A stretch of DNA of 64,000 nt from the human T2T-CHM13v2.0 reference genome, Homo sapiens: NCBI RefSeq assembly GCF_009914755.1, contig NC_060935.1; one strand, 5' to 3'. The notes under the pieces were generated by a model. That model did not search any database, was not told the origin of the DNA, and worked only from the letters and a program-made list of their open reading frames with translations. The first letter of the stretch is position 1; each line of letters opens with the position of its first letter. The translations under genes and the position numbers were made by a program. This document shows, piece by piece, positions 1 to 17,849 of this stretch.

Positions 1-1115
1 TTACTTCTTCCTTTCTAATTTGGATGTTTCATTTCTTTTTGTTGCTTAATTGCTCTGGCTAGAACTTCCAGTACAATGTTGAATAGCAGTAGCAAAAGTA
101 GGCATCCTTATCTTATTCCTGATCTTAGGGGAAAGATTTCACACTTTCACCATTGGGTATAATGTTAGCTATGAGTTTTTCGTAAATGTCCTTTATCATG
201 GTGAGGAAGTTCTTTTCCATTCCTAGTTTCTGAGACTTTTAGTCTCGAAAGGTGTTGGATTTTGTTAAATATTTTTTCTGCATCAATTTGAAATGCTCTT
301 ATGGGGATTTTTCTTCATCCCATTAAGGCAGTATATTACACTGATTAATTTTTATGTTGAACCAACAGTGCATTCCTGGGATGACTCCTACTTGGCAATG
401 ATGTATAATCCTCTTCACATGTTGATGGATTTGGTTTGCTAGTATATTGTTGAAGATTTTTGCATCTACATTCATAAGGGATATTCGTCTGTGGTTTTCT
501 TTTCTTGTGATGTCTTTATCTGTCTTTGATATCAAAGTAATGCTGAATTCCTAGAATGGGGTAAGAAATGGTCTCCCTTTCCATTTTTTGAATGAGTTTG
601 ATAAAGATCAGTGCTAATTCTTTGTCAGATGTTTGGTAAAATTCACCAGTGAAGCCATCTGGTTGTGAGCGTGTTTTTATTGGGAGGTTTTTGATTACTT
701 ATTCATTCTCTTTATTTACTAATGGGCTGTTCAGATTTCTATTTCCTCTTGAGTCAGTTTTGGTCGTTTGTGTTTCTAGGAATTTGTCTATTTCATCTAG
801 ACTATCTAATTTGTTAACTTTCAATTGTTCATTATATTCTCTTACAATTTCTTTTTTTTTTTCTGTAAACTCTTTTGTAATATCCCCACTTTCATTTCTG
901 ATGTTAGGAATTTGAATCTTCTCCCTTTTCTCTTTGTCAGTCTAGCTAATGGTTTGCCAAGTTTGATGATCTTTTAAGGCCAATAACCAACTTTTGGTTT
1001 CCTTGATTTTCTCTACTGTTTTTCTATTCTCTACTTTTTCCACTATAATCTTTATTATTTTCTTCCTTCTGCTAACTTTGGGTTTAGATTGTATTCTTTT
1101 TCTAGTAGCTTAAGG

Positions 1116-1634
1116 CAGCAGTCCCCTACCCTTTTAGCACCAGGGACCAGTTTTGTGGAAGACAATTTTTCCACAGACCGTTGGGGAGAGGATGGTTTCA
1201 GGATGATTCAAGCACAATACATTTATTGTGCACTTTGTTCCTATTATTATTACATTGTAATATATAATGAAATAATTATACAACTCACCATAACAAAGAA
1301 TCAGTGGGAGTCCTGAGCTTGTTTTCCTGCAACTAGACAGCCCCACCTGGGAGTGATAGGAGACAATAACAGATCATCAGGCATTAGAGTCTCATAAGGA
1401 GCACACAACCTAGATTTCTTGAATGCACAGTTCACAATAGGGTTTGTGCTCCTATGAGAATCCAATACCACCACTAATGTGACAGGAGGCAGATCTCAGG
1501 TGGTAATGCAAGCAATGGGGAACAGTTGTAAATACAGATGAAGCTTCACCCTCTGCTCACCTCCTGCTGTGTGGCCCAGTTCCTAACAGGCCACAGACCA
1601 GTACCAGTCTGTGGCCCAGGGATTGGGGACACTG
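1116..1634. mobile_element. MER1A-like hAT-Charlie DNA transposon (~520 bp)
   Basis: Terminal inverted repeats CAGCAGTCCCCTACC...GATTGGGGACACTG and internal GGGACCAGTTTTGTGGAAGACAATTTTTCCAC, which I recognise as MER1. Confidence 0.8.
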
Positions 1635-1847
1635 ACATACATTGTAAAGTTAGGTTATTTATTTGAGATCTTTCTTCTTTTTTAAAGTAGGCATTTATAA
1701 CTATGACTTTCCCTCTGAGCACTGCTTTTGCTGCATCCTATAAGTTGTGGTATGTTGTTATTTTATTTTCATTCATCTCAAAGTGTTTTCTTCTTTCACC
1801 TGTAATTTCTTCTCTGGCCCACTGGTTATTTAAGAATATATTGCTTA

Positions 1848-2219
<372 letters not shown>

Positions 2220-2511
2220 TCATGTTAATTGGAAAAGACACTTTGTACAATTTCAATCTTTTAAATGTTATTGAGACTTGTTTTGTGGCCTAACATAGGG
2301 TCTATCCTGGAAAATGTTCCATGTGCACTTGAGTAGACTATGTATTCTGTGGTTGCTGGATGGAATGTTCTTTTTCTTCATAATTTTTTTAAAAAGAAAA
2401 TAATCACAATGGGTAGTACAAATTTGGGATCTAAAGCCACTGTTTTCTTGTTGGGGGAGGAGGGCATTTTGGTGTTGGGGGTTTTTTTGTTGGTTTTGTT
2501 TGTTTGTTTGC

Positions 2512-2817
2512 TTGTTTTTTGAGACAGAGTATGGTTCCATTGCCCAGGCTGGAGACCAGTAGCACAATCTCAGCTCACTGCAACCTCCACTTCCTGAGTT
2601 CAAGCAATTCTCTTGCCTCAGCCTCCCGAATAGCTGGGATTACAGGCATGCACCACCATGCTGGGCTAATTGTTGTATTTTTAGTAGAGACCGGATTTTG
2701 CCACGCTGTCCAGGCTGGTCTCGAACTCCTGGCCTCGAACTCCTGGCCTCAAGCAATCTGCCCACCTCAGCCTCCCAAAGTGCTGAGATTACAACTGCGA
2801 GCCACCACGCCGGGACT
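2512..2817 (-). mobile_element. Alu
   Basis: Antisense Alu consensus with a small internal tandem duplication (CTCGAACTCCTGGC x2). Confidence 0.9.
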
Positions 2818-2931
2818 TGGAGTGTTCTATATAAGTCAGTTATGTCTAGTTTATATACAGTGTTGTTCTAGTTGCTCTATTCATTATTGAAAGTGGGATA
2901 TTGCAGTCTCCAGCAATTATTGTAGGACCGA

Positions 2932-3645
<714 letters not shown>

Positions 3646-3948
3646 CATCAACTGGTGACTGGAAAACATACTGTGGTACATGATAAAAGGAACCAACGAC
3701 TGATACATGCAACAACATGGATGAACCTTAAAAGCACCATGTTAAGTGAAAGAAGTCAGACACAAAAGGCTATATACTATATGATTCCATTTGTAAGACA
3801 TTATGGAAAAGCCAAAACTAGGTAGGGAAATTAGTTTCCTGATGACCAGAGGGAACTTTTTAGGGTGATAGAACTATTCCTTATCTTGATTTTATGGTGA
3901 TTACCCAAGTATAGACATTTGTTAAAACTCATAAAACTGCACACCCTA

Positions 3949-4332
<384 letters not shown>

Positions 4333-4431
4333 CTACCTTCTCTGTACCTTAAAAGGTTCCATTGCTCTCAAAATCACACACTGCACATTTGTCATACTAA
4401 GTAGTCTCTCATTTTCAACTGAAGTTAGTGA

Positions 4432-4718
<287 letters not shown>

Positions 4719-6120
4719 AAAACAAGATCTTTGTACTTGTAAAAAAAAAAAAAAAAAAAAAAAAAACGGAGATACTTCTTTATTTTTAACCACTTTCTTT
4801 TTTCTTTCATATTTTTAATATTCTTTATCATATTTGAATGAATTTGGATGGAAGTTAATCTATCATGGATCTTGCACTTAATATCAGAATTTTTCTTCCT
4901 TATAAAATTTTGAAGTAGCAAAACAGACATTTTACTCTTAATTGATCCCACAAGTTATGACTAATTCTCAAGTAGACATTTTCTTAAGAGATTAATGGTC
5001 TAAGTCGAATTAAATAACTACAAGTTAAATATAGTTCTTAAAAATTCTTTGATTTAATGTTTAAACTGCTATTCTGCCAAATAATTCTATAAAGATTGGA
5101 ATTATAGAAGATAATTGAATCTCTATTATTCTGCCTAGGTATTCTTATTTAAATTTGTATAAACATTTGTTGGCTCCTAAAGAATAAAATGTTCTTCCTA
5201 AAGTTATCTAGCTAACACACTCTTTTATTATTAATATGAACTATCAGTTTATTTTCTATTTATTTAAATATTTGAAACTTAACAATTACGTTTGCAAATA
5301 AAGTTCACATCTTTCAATTATCATTAATTATTGTACTATTTTATCCTGGAATAATATATGTGTATTCACCAACTGAGAGAAATAATTTCAACATATAAAG
5401 CATGAAAGGAGATTTTTCAGTTCAAGTGACTTTTAAAATATTTACCTATGTCTGAAAATGAATGTCCAGATATTAATGATAAATCCAAATGAGCTGCCTT
5501 GTTTGTATTCCTGATGTAATTACACTGGTTAAATATTATGTTCCTTTCTCAATCACAAGACCATTGATTTGCAAAATTTCAGAGATGTCAGAATGACACC
5601 AAAATAAGCATTCAACTATTTACCTTCCAAAGGCCAAAACCCAGGTGAAACAGAAGAATTTGGCTGAGTTGGAAGGCTGAAACCAAACTTCAATGCCTAC
5701 TGACTCACAAAGGTTCTCATCTAGATTAGGAATGATCAGGCAACTGGCTCCCAAGCCAGGGACAGCTCCACAGTCCAGCTCTTCATTGACTCAGTCAACA
5801 AATGTTCATTGAACACCTACTATGCGCCAAGCTTGGTGCTAGGCACAAAGAATCCAGCAGTAAAAAAAAACAGAGTCTGGTTGGAGAGAGAGAAGTAAAC
5901 AATTAGTAGACTATAGTGTATCAGATAGATTTCAATGCATTAATAGTCCCAACTATTGTCCTACCTGTATTCAATACAGGTAGATATGCTGTCCTGTAAG
6001 TTTGTACCCTCCTCACACTCTGACTCTGCTCTGCCTAGGGGTGTGCTTTGGCCAGTAGAATAAATAAGGCAGAAGTGATGTTGTACCAATTCTGAGCATA
6101 AGTTTCAAGAGGCCCTGCTA

Positions 6121-6510
<390 letters not shown>

Positions 6511-6894
6511 AAGAACAATCCCAGGCTAGCCTCTTGAAGGATGAGAGACCCCATGAAGGGGAGCCCAGTTATCCCAACTGAGATGATCCTAAACCAATCT
6601 ATAGTCAGCTGACCACCAAACATGTAAGCCCAGCCAAGATCAGCAGAACTGCCTAATTCACCCATAGATTCATGAGCCAAATTTTGAAAAGCCTTGTTAC
6701 ACAGCAATAGCTAACTGACAGAGTGTTAGTGCAATGATAAAGAATGTGCCCAGTGCCAAGAGGATTCTTAGGAACAGTTGAAAACCCAGCACAGGGAAAA
6801 AAAACACAAGGAAAAATAATAATAGGTAACTAAATGACAGACACTATGCTAAGTAATATATTATCACAATTCTCTATTTTAAGATACAGCATTC

Positions 6895-7720
<826 letters not shown>

Positions 7721-8857
7721 TTAGCTTATAAAGCAGCGAACCCAAGACCTGAACCTAGGTCCATGTCATTTTAAAAGGTAAGGTTTCCATTGCTCTGCTG
7801 TACCACAAGAGAGAGGGGAAGAAAGCAAAAAAAAAAAAAAAAAAATTAGTGAGAGGACTCTTGTTATGGATTCTATGGCTCCAAAATTGAAATTGCTTAA
7901 CTCGGTTGACTTATGTCGTCATTCATTCATTTATATAATCTGCATGTTAAACTTGGGTTCTTGATGTTCATTTCAGACCATTCAAAACCCATGAAAGGTT
8001 AAAAGTGCTATCAGCATGCCAGGGTGAGATGTCCCTAAATCATCTGAACTGAACAGTAAACCTAGGGATGGGGAAAACAGAAAGAGCATTCGGAAGATGT
8101 TTGTTAAATTAAACTGAGTTCAAATTCCCAGATATCCACAGCAGCCCACCTCACCACCACCTCATTGCACCTGCCAGGTTTACAGCAGGGACAGAGAGAA
8201 AGAAGCCAACCTTAACCTGCACCCACCTGCTGGCAGCCCTTCTGCAAACACACCAGTATGTACACAACCTGATCTACACTTCCTGCTGCCCGGCTCTTTT
8301 CCTTTCTCCCTGCCCCTGCTCTTGGAACCCCACCACTTAAGAAGAAGGTGGGGCTGTGAGGTCCAGACACACTCCCTGGCACTGGCCAGTTCCTGCCCTA
8401 ACCTCTCACCTTGGACAGCGATAAATGCCCACAATGTTATCTAGGGTTCTCTGATTGCAAGCAACGGATACAGACTCCAGCCAAGTTATGCAAAGAAATG
8501 GTTAATGAAAGAGTCCAGGGAAGCTCACAGAACTGAGGAAAAAGCTGAAGAATCAGGCTGGGATGGAAGCACAAGCAGGGCAGCTCTGGAAATCTCAGTT
8601 GCAGGAAACCATGAATGGTCTCTCTGGATGTTTCTGCAACTGCGAATCAGCTATAACCAATTTCAGGCTTTGTTGTTGTTGCATCTGCTCTGGATTCCAT
8701 TTCAGAGGCAGAAAAAGTACATAATTGGCTTATTAGCCTTGCCTGGGTTATGTACCCTCGGCTAGGTCATGCCCTTTGCCTAGAGGAGAGCAGGTGTCTT
8801 GGTTGATGGCCCCAGAATACTAAAACAGCTGAGGTGGGACACTGCCAACAAGAAATG

Positions 8858-9330
<473 letters not shown>

Positions 9331-10139
9331 TTAGCCGGGTGTAGGGATGAGTGTGGGAGAGCGCTGAACAAAGTGGGAACCTTCCAGATTGCCTTCCCCA
9401 CTTCCAAGGCAGGCTCCTCATGTGGACCCTGGTAGCTTGCCATCCAGCATTCATCCCCTTGTGATAACGCCTCCCAAAATTCACTTGCAGAGCCCTCCCC
9501 GACTCTCAGCCCACCTTGTCTGGACCTTTGGCTAGGAACCCCCAGTTCCCAGGGAGTGGAGCTTGTGACACAGGCTTAAACCAGAGCGCTGGTCTTATCT
9601 GCTTGGCCACCGTGATTGGTCAGGGTGGTCATGTGACCTGAGCCAACTAATCAGAGTGTACCTCAAGACTGTGGAAGAACAGTGATTGTTTTTTCCCCCA
9701 CCAGACTTCAACCAGATGGTGTAAGGTGTGGAATAGTTGAAGCCATTTTGCCATCCCATGGAGCCTCAGAGCAAAACCACTACTTAGATAAGAGCCTAGA
9801 CTAGGATCTGTAATAACTGGGTCAAGCTGCACTTAAACCTGGTAGATCTCTGAGACTTCCCAGTGACATGGGCCAATAAGTTCCATTTGGCTTCAACAGG
9901 CCCTTCCCTACAACCCACTTACCATCTGGGATGAGAATCGGAGTCTTTTACCTTAGAAGCTATTAAGCCTGGCTCCTCTTCCATCTTACTGATGGGAAAA
10001 CTGAAGTCTAGAGTGATGGAGAAATTATCTAAAAATCTCAAGACTGTAGCCACCAGGCCAAGAACTAAAAGTCTAGGGAGGTTTCCACCATGCCTCAATG
10101 TCTTTCCAGGTGGATCTGTGCCATGGACTTGCAGAGTGA

Positions 10140-10500
<361 letters not shown>

Positions 10501-10579
10501 AAAAGCTGTTGCTTTTGTGGTCCCCCTGGGATCTATCAGTGAAGCAACAGTTTCTGATTTTGTTTTTCACAGACCTACT

Positions 10580-11040
10580 ACATTAGTTTCCTAGACCTGC
10601 TGTAACAAATTACCACAGACTTGTAGCTGAAAACAACAAAAATGTATTCTCTCACAGTTCAGGAGGCCAGAAGGCAAAAATCAGCCGGTGTCAGTTGTGT
10701 TGGTTCCTCCTGGAGGAATCTGTTCTGTGCCTCTCTCCAAGTTTCGGGAGCTTGCCAACAATCCTTGGAGATTCTCGGCCTGGCGCTGCACTAGTCCTAT
10801 TTCTACCTTCTGCCTCCATCTTAACGAGGCCTTTCAGCCATGTGTGCCCACTCTGCGTCTCTGCATCACCAAATCTCCCTCTCCTTACAAGGACACAAGT
10901 CATAGGACTGAGGGCCCACCTTAATCCAGTATGAACCCATTTTAACTCAATACAGCTGCAATAATCCTATTTCCAAGTGAGGTCATATATTCTGGGGTTC
11001 TGGGTATGAATTTGTGGGGGATACTATTCAACACAGTACA
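10580..11040 (-). mobile_element. MLT1 (MaLR) solo LTR
   Basis: TTAGTTTCCTAG...GCTGTAACAAATTACCACA...TCTCACAGTTC...GGACACAAGTCATAGGA...ACTATTCAAC, i.e. antisense MLT1 motifs. Confidence 0.8.
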
Positions 11041-12396
11041 CCGACTATATGCCGGCCATTGTGCCCCATGCCATGAGACATACCAAAGATGTACTGGAAT
11101 GGAGTGGTGTGTCTAATAATGACGTGAGCCCTGGGCTCATATCCATTCAGTGCACACTTCCTGAGCACCTATTGTGTGCAAGGTACTGTGCTAGGGGCCA
11201 GAGGCCTAAGGATGCCTATGATGCAGCCCCAGTGCTTAGAGAGCTCACAGGGCAGGGAAGGAGCCTGGGGTCTGGCAGGGCTATCTATGAACAGTTAGGA
11301 GAGTGGGGTTCCAGTCCTGTCTCACCCTTTCATAAACTGTGTGACCCTGAGCAACTCATTCCTCTCTTGACCTATTCATTCTCTGTAAAATGAGGAGGAG
11401 TGGGCAATCTCTAAGGTATTTTGAAGCCCTGATGTTCTGAGAGCCTTTTTAAATGTGGGTGAAAATGCTTTGTAAACCACAAAGTGCTATATACACAAGG
11501 AGAGGCAGAATAACATGAATAGTTAAGGGAGTAAATCAGTCGGCCTGGGGTTCAAATCCCAGCTCTGCCATTTGTCAGCCCCTATGACCTTAGGCAAGTT
11601 AACTTAACCTCTCCAGACCTCAGTTTCCTCTTCTGTAAAATGGAATAAGAATGCCCAATTCACAGAGGTATCATGGGGATTAGAGGAATTAATCCATGCA
11701 GTGTTGAGGCCAGGGCAGAGCACACAGCAAGTGCCCAATAACTATTAGCTATCATGATCCCTAGACATCCTCTCTACTACCACGGAGCTTACAGTTAGGT
11801 GGGAGATAAAACTAATGGGTGGAAAAGCTACAGACAAAGACCAGATAATGGATCAGTCAGAGGGTTCTCAAGTACCAGCATGGAAAGAACCCTGGGACTG
11901 GTGCAATCCAACCCTAGGCACGTATCTGCCCTTCAACAGCAGGACGGAGAGCAGCAAGGCCAGGGTCACTCCATAGGCCCAAGGACCTAGAAGACCAATT
12001 GGAAAACTCTCTGGGAGTAAGGTGAGCTCATGCAACAGGATAAACTTCTGCTCAGAAGTCAAACTAGCCTGGGTTCAAATCCAGCTCTTACCTCCTCATG
12101 GGTGGCCTTGAACCAAAGACTTAACATCTCTGTGTCTCAATTTCTCCCTCTGGAAAATAAGAATATGATGGTGGACTCTACCTCACAGCATTGTTGTGAG
12201 GACTAACATGTTGTATATAAACCACCTGGTATGAAGCCAATCTCCAATAAATGTTAGCTGCTGGTAACACACCCTCCACCAAGAGGGGCAGACACCATTA
12301 CTCCCAATGGATTAGGACTGGGGAAACATCACTCCTGCTCAGAGATTAATCAGATGCATATTTCGGGAGTTTTGTGAAGTAATGCTTTTTACTACT

Positions 12397-12792
12397 TGTA
12401 TTAGTCCATTCTCACACTGCTACAAAGAACTACCTGAGACTGGGTAATTTATTTAAAAAAGAGGTTTAACTGACTCGCAGCTCTGCAGGCTGTACAGGAA
12501 GCATGGCTGGGGAGGCCTCAGGAAACTTACAATCATGGCAGAAGGTAAAGAGAAATCAGTCACGTCTCACATGGCTGGAGAGGGAGGAAGAGAGCAAAGC
12601 AGAAGGTGCTACACACTTTTAAACAACCAGATCTTGGGAGAACTCTGTCATGAGACAGCACTAGGGAGATGATGCTAAACCATCTGAAACCATCCCTGTG
12701 ATCCGATCACCTCCCTCCAGGCCCCACCTCCAACACTGGGGATTACAGTTCAACACAGGATTTGGGTGGGGACACAGAGCCAGACCATATCA
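12397..12792 (-). mobile_element. THE1D/MSTA-type MaLR solo LTR
   Basis: TGTATTAGTCCATTCTCAC...GGGACACAGAGCCAGACCATATCA with a 5-bp TSD CTACT (12392-12396, 12793-12797). Confidence 0.9.
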
Positions 12793-13669
12793 CTACTCTA
12801 CATCTCAACAGATCCAAAAAGGCCAACACCGTCCAAAGTCAGCCACTGCCCAGGAGCCAGACCAGGAATGCAAGGTGACGCCTCGTAAGTGTCATTGTGA
12901 AAGCGGAGCCAGCTCCGTGCCAATCCCCTGCCTATTTCCCGTTCTTGCCTGAAGAATCCCCTCCCCCCGTTTCTGGCCACACATCTCATGCTTTGGGATT
13001 TGTTTGTCCTTGTTCTGACTCTCCCACTCCCAATCCTTGTCTGGCAAGTGGGCCCTGCCTTTGGAATTCTCCACCCCACCTTTAGCTCATCAGCATGGGT
13101 TCACTCCCTGACAAGTGAATCCTCCACATTGCTGCCCCAGACCCAGAAACTACGCAGTCCCGAGCCTTCCTGGAACCTTCAACATGAGTTCCAGCAACAC
13201 TGAATTGCTCAATAGAGCACTGTTTACATTAGGACTTTCCTCCACAGCCAAAACCAGAATACCATCCTGGAGCGGTTTAAACTGATAGGGGTTATTCATC
13301 TCCTACAGTAAGGCTTAGGCAGCCCAGAGCTGAGAGGGCAGCTTAGCCAAGCTCTAAAGGACTCAGGACAGCTCCCAGCTGTCCTGCCATCCTTAGTTCT
13401 GCCATCCTTAGTTTTCCTCTTCGTAGCTTTTGCCTCATGGCCACAAGATGGCTGCCGCCTTTCCAGACATCAGTTCCACATTATAGGCAGAACAAAGGAG
13501 GGGAAAAAAAAAAAAAAAAAAAAAAAACAGCAAATAAGTCTATACCTATCGCAAAAAGCAAAAACTTTCCCAGAAATCCTCAGCTTACTACTCATTGGCC
13601 AAAATTATGTCACATGGTCACCTCTAGCTGCAAGTAACCAGTTTGAGGTGAAACATGTTGACATGTTGA

Positions 13670-14032
<363 letters not shown>

Positions 14033-14060
14033 AAGAAGAATAATTTAATATAGAGTAAAC

Positions 14061-14561
14061 CAGAGGTCTGCAAACTACAACCAGTGAACCAAATCTGGTC
14101 CACTACTTGTTTAATGTTTAAAAAATTATTGATATATCATAATTGTATTTTTTGAGTACATGTGATATTTTGATACATGTATATAATGTATAATGATTAA
14201 ATCAGGGTAATTGGGATACCCATTACCTCAAACATTTATCTTTTGTGTTAGGAGCATTACAGTTCTTCTCTTCTAGCTATTTTGAAATATACAATAAGTT
14301 ATTGTTAACTATAATTCTTCTACTGTACTATCAAATACTAGAACTTAGTCCTTCTATCTAAAACTGTATTTTCGTACCCATTAACCAACTTCTGTCCATT
14401 CCTCCATTTTTATAAATAAAGTTTTATTGAAATGCAGCTGTATCCATTTGTTTACAATACTACAATAGCAGTGTTGAGTACTTTCGACAGAGACTATATG
14501 GCCCACAGAATCTGAAACACTTACTCTCTGGCCTTTTACAAAAAAAATTTGCCAACTCCTG
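14061..14561. mobile_element. MER58A-like DNA transposon split by an antisense L1 3' end (~14120-14400)
   Basis: CAGAGGTCTGCAAACTAC...AATAAAGTTTTATTG...TTTGCCAACTCCTG termini enclose L1MA-like sequence. Confidence 0.7.
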
Positions 14562-14906
14562 AAATAGATGATTGGTAGCATCTGCCACAAGTACTAGAAA
14601 AGGAAGACATAATTTTTTTCTGGAAATAGCTTATTATTTTCAAAAGAGCATTCCAGTAATAATGAGGAAAAAAAAGATTTTTGCTCTGCTTACATGTATT
14701 TTGTAGTTTAGTGTTAATTTTTACTTTGAATTATATGTGGGATGAATGAGAAGCCTTATAAACTTCAGGGATTAGGGTCAATACGGTTCTTAAATTGGCC
14801 CTGATTTCCAGGCATTCCTACCCATGGTCTGACTTCCATTCATTCCACAACGAGGCACTAGGCACCTACTGTGGCAGGCATTGTGCTAGGTCCTGGATAA
14901 GGACAG

Positions 14907-14995
14907 GATGGACAGACGGATGGATGGATGGTTGGATGGATGAACAGTTGGATGGATGGATGGATGGATGGATGGATGGATGGATGGATGGATGG
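14907..14995 (+). repeat. (TGGA)n simple repeat
   Basis: Imperfect GGAT array visible directly. Confidence 0.95.
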
Positions 14996-15415
14996 GAAAC
15001 TGTGAGAGATAAAGCAAAAGAGAGAGAGAGGAACAGAGAAATTAGACTAAGCAATTTCATGCCTTCTCAATTTTGCCTAGAAAATATGTGTGTGAGGAGG
15101 AAATGCCATTCCAGTAGGCATGTGGGTAAAGGCCTTGTTGCTGTAGCAAAGAGACCCCTTTAGAACTGTGTAGGTATGCAGGAACATAAGTTGATTTCCC
15201 ACAGTCCACAGTGGCAGGTATCTCTGCTCCACAGAATCAGGGACCTCGGCTTTTTCCATCACATTCCTCCACAGCCTCTAAGACGTTGTCCTTGTCCTCA
15301 TGGTCAAGACTGGCTTATAGATGCATTTGGTTTCCAGGTTATGGGAAGAGGAAGAAAAAGCATGGAGGAACACACTCCTAAAGTTTTAAAGACCTAGAAA
15401 GTAGCATATCTCACG

Positions 15416-15792
15416 TGTTGCTATAGACTGGAGGTATCCCTCCAAAATTTATATACTCCAATGGACCCCTAAGCCCCAATATGATGGTATTTGGGGATGG
15501 GTCTTTGGAAGGTAATTAGGTCATGAGAGTGGAGCCCTCATGGTGGGATTAGTGCTCTTATAAGAAAAGACATGAGATCCTCCCCCCACTCCACCCCCAT
15601 CTATGTGCCAGGTGAAGACAGAAGGAGAAAGCAGCCTTCTACAAGCTGGAAGCAGCCCCTTGCCAGACACCAGATCCACCTGGGCCTTGATCTTGGACCT
15701 CCCAGCCTCCAGACTGTGAGAAATAAATGCTTACTGTTTAAGCTGCTCAATCTATGGTATTTTTGTTATAGCAGGCTGAACTCACCAAGACA
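15416..15792 (+). mobile_element. MLT1A-like solo LTR
   Basis: GGTAATTAGGTCATGAGAGTGGAGCCCTCATG...CTTGATCTTGGAC...CCAGACTGTGAGAAATAAATG. Confidence 0.8.
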
Positions 15793-17344
15793 CTTCCCTT
15801 CACCATCCACTAAGTCACATGGTTCATCTACTTAGAAGGAAGGCTGGGAAATGTAGTCTTTGGCTGGGCAACCATAAGACTAGCTACAATCCAATTATTT
15901 TGGATGAATGGGGGAGTGAATTTTGGTAGACAACTAGGAGTGTCTATCACATAGGGTAGGCTCATGAGTCCTTGTTGAACTCAGAGTGAGACAGTCAACA
16001 TCTGTGTGTTCCCAGAAGTTCTCAAGCCGCACAGGTACAGATCCACTGACCCCTGAACCTGGGAAGTTAGTTCTGTTCACTGTGACTGGCAGAAATAATT
16101 TCCTGCTGACATTATTAGTGGCTCCCAGCCAAGGCAAGAAAATGAGACTACACCCATAAAGGAACTATTACAGCCCTTCAGCTGCCACGTTGATGATCTT
16201 ATGCTCTACCTCACACCAAATTCACACCCTGGATAATCACTGTTGGCAAGACCTAAAATTTCACCCTTTGTGGATGGTTTAAACAATTAACATTCCTTAA
16301 AGAAAATTCAAAAGCAAACCATTTATGCAAGGTACACAATTCCCAGGGGCCTTAGACCCCCTAAGAAACATCCCCACCCCTCCTTTCCCTCATAAGGGAT
16401 AAAATGATTAGAATCCAGGAAACTTGCTGTACTGGCCTGTTAACAACCTTAATCCAAGGGAGTGACACTAATGACAGAATTTCAGGTATGATGTGAGAGA
16501 TTGGAGACAGGGGTATACTTTGGCCTCCATAGAGAGCCCACACTGTCCCCCACACACGCAGCACTGACTGCCCCTGGGCCTCTCTCAGCGAAGTGCATCT
16601 GGCCTATATACAAGATATATCTCTTCCCTCCAGTTCAAGGTGGCAGCAGTCATCAGACAAGTTCCTGCTAATGTGCTAAGGAGAAGGCCCTTCCAGATCA
16701 CCAGGGCCTCTCAGGGACAAGTTTGCCCTGTCTGTCACTAAATTGTTTGTCATGGTGAACTCTCGGGCATAAGAGAGGAGAGACTGGAACAGATACGAAT
16801 TGCTCTTAATGAACCAAAACCCACAGCTTCAAAGGAAAATCCCAGAGGTAGACTCTCCAGGTGGGGTTGAGGAGACCAGCTCAGTCCCTCTTGAGTCTTT
16901 CTTTCCCCAAAGGGATATTTTAGTTCCAAAAGTGACAAGGTAACCAGATGGTATCCTCCAGGTGGAGAACAGCCCACAACTAGGAAGCAGAGTCTCATTC
17001 CTTGAGGAGGAAGAGGGGAGTGCTAGTACCCGGGGCTAGTGGAAGAGGGTAGGGTGTGGGCCCGGCTCGTTGTGGGGCAGCTGTTTACTTCACTGCAGCC
17101 TGCAGCCCTCCCATTTCCCTACAGCCCACCCAGGGCTGCGCTCAGCTCCAGTGAAGGTTTGTGCAGTTAGGATCTGAGAGTTTAAGCGTACTATATAGGT
17201 TTTACCTTTTTATTCTGGAAATTTGCAAATGTACACAAAAGTAAGGAAACTCTTATAATGGGTCCTTGTGTATCTACGCCTAGCTACAACTATCAATGGC
17301 TTATCTTATTTAATCTATCAACCTTTTAAAAAAAATCTTTTTGA

Positions 17345-17710
<366 letters not shown>

Positions 17711-17849
17711 TTACCCGTTAATTAAATGGCACTAATTAAATGGTGCTTGAAATATTACAAACATCTATGTTCGACCATACCACCTAGAGTTCTGGGCAAG
17801 AAGGTTGGGACCCACAGGTCAAGCCTAGCCCCTTAGTTTTACCATGAAG

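Noticed and set aside
14795-15163. ORF with WMDG repeats
   Set aside because: Translation of the (TGGA)n microsatellite.
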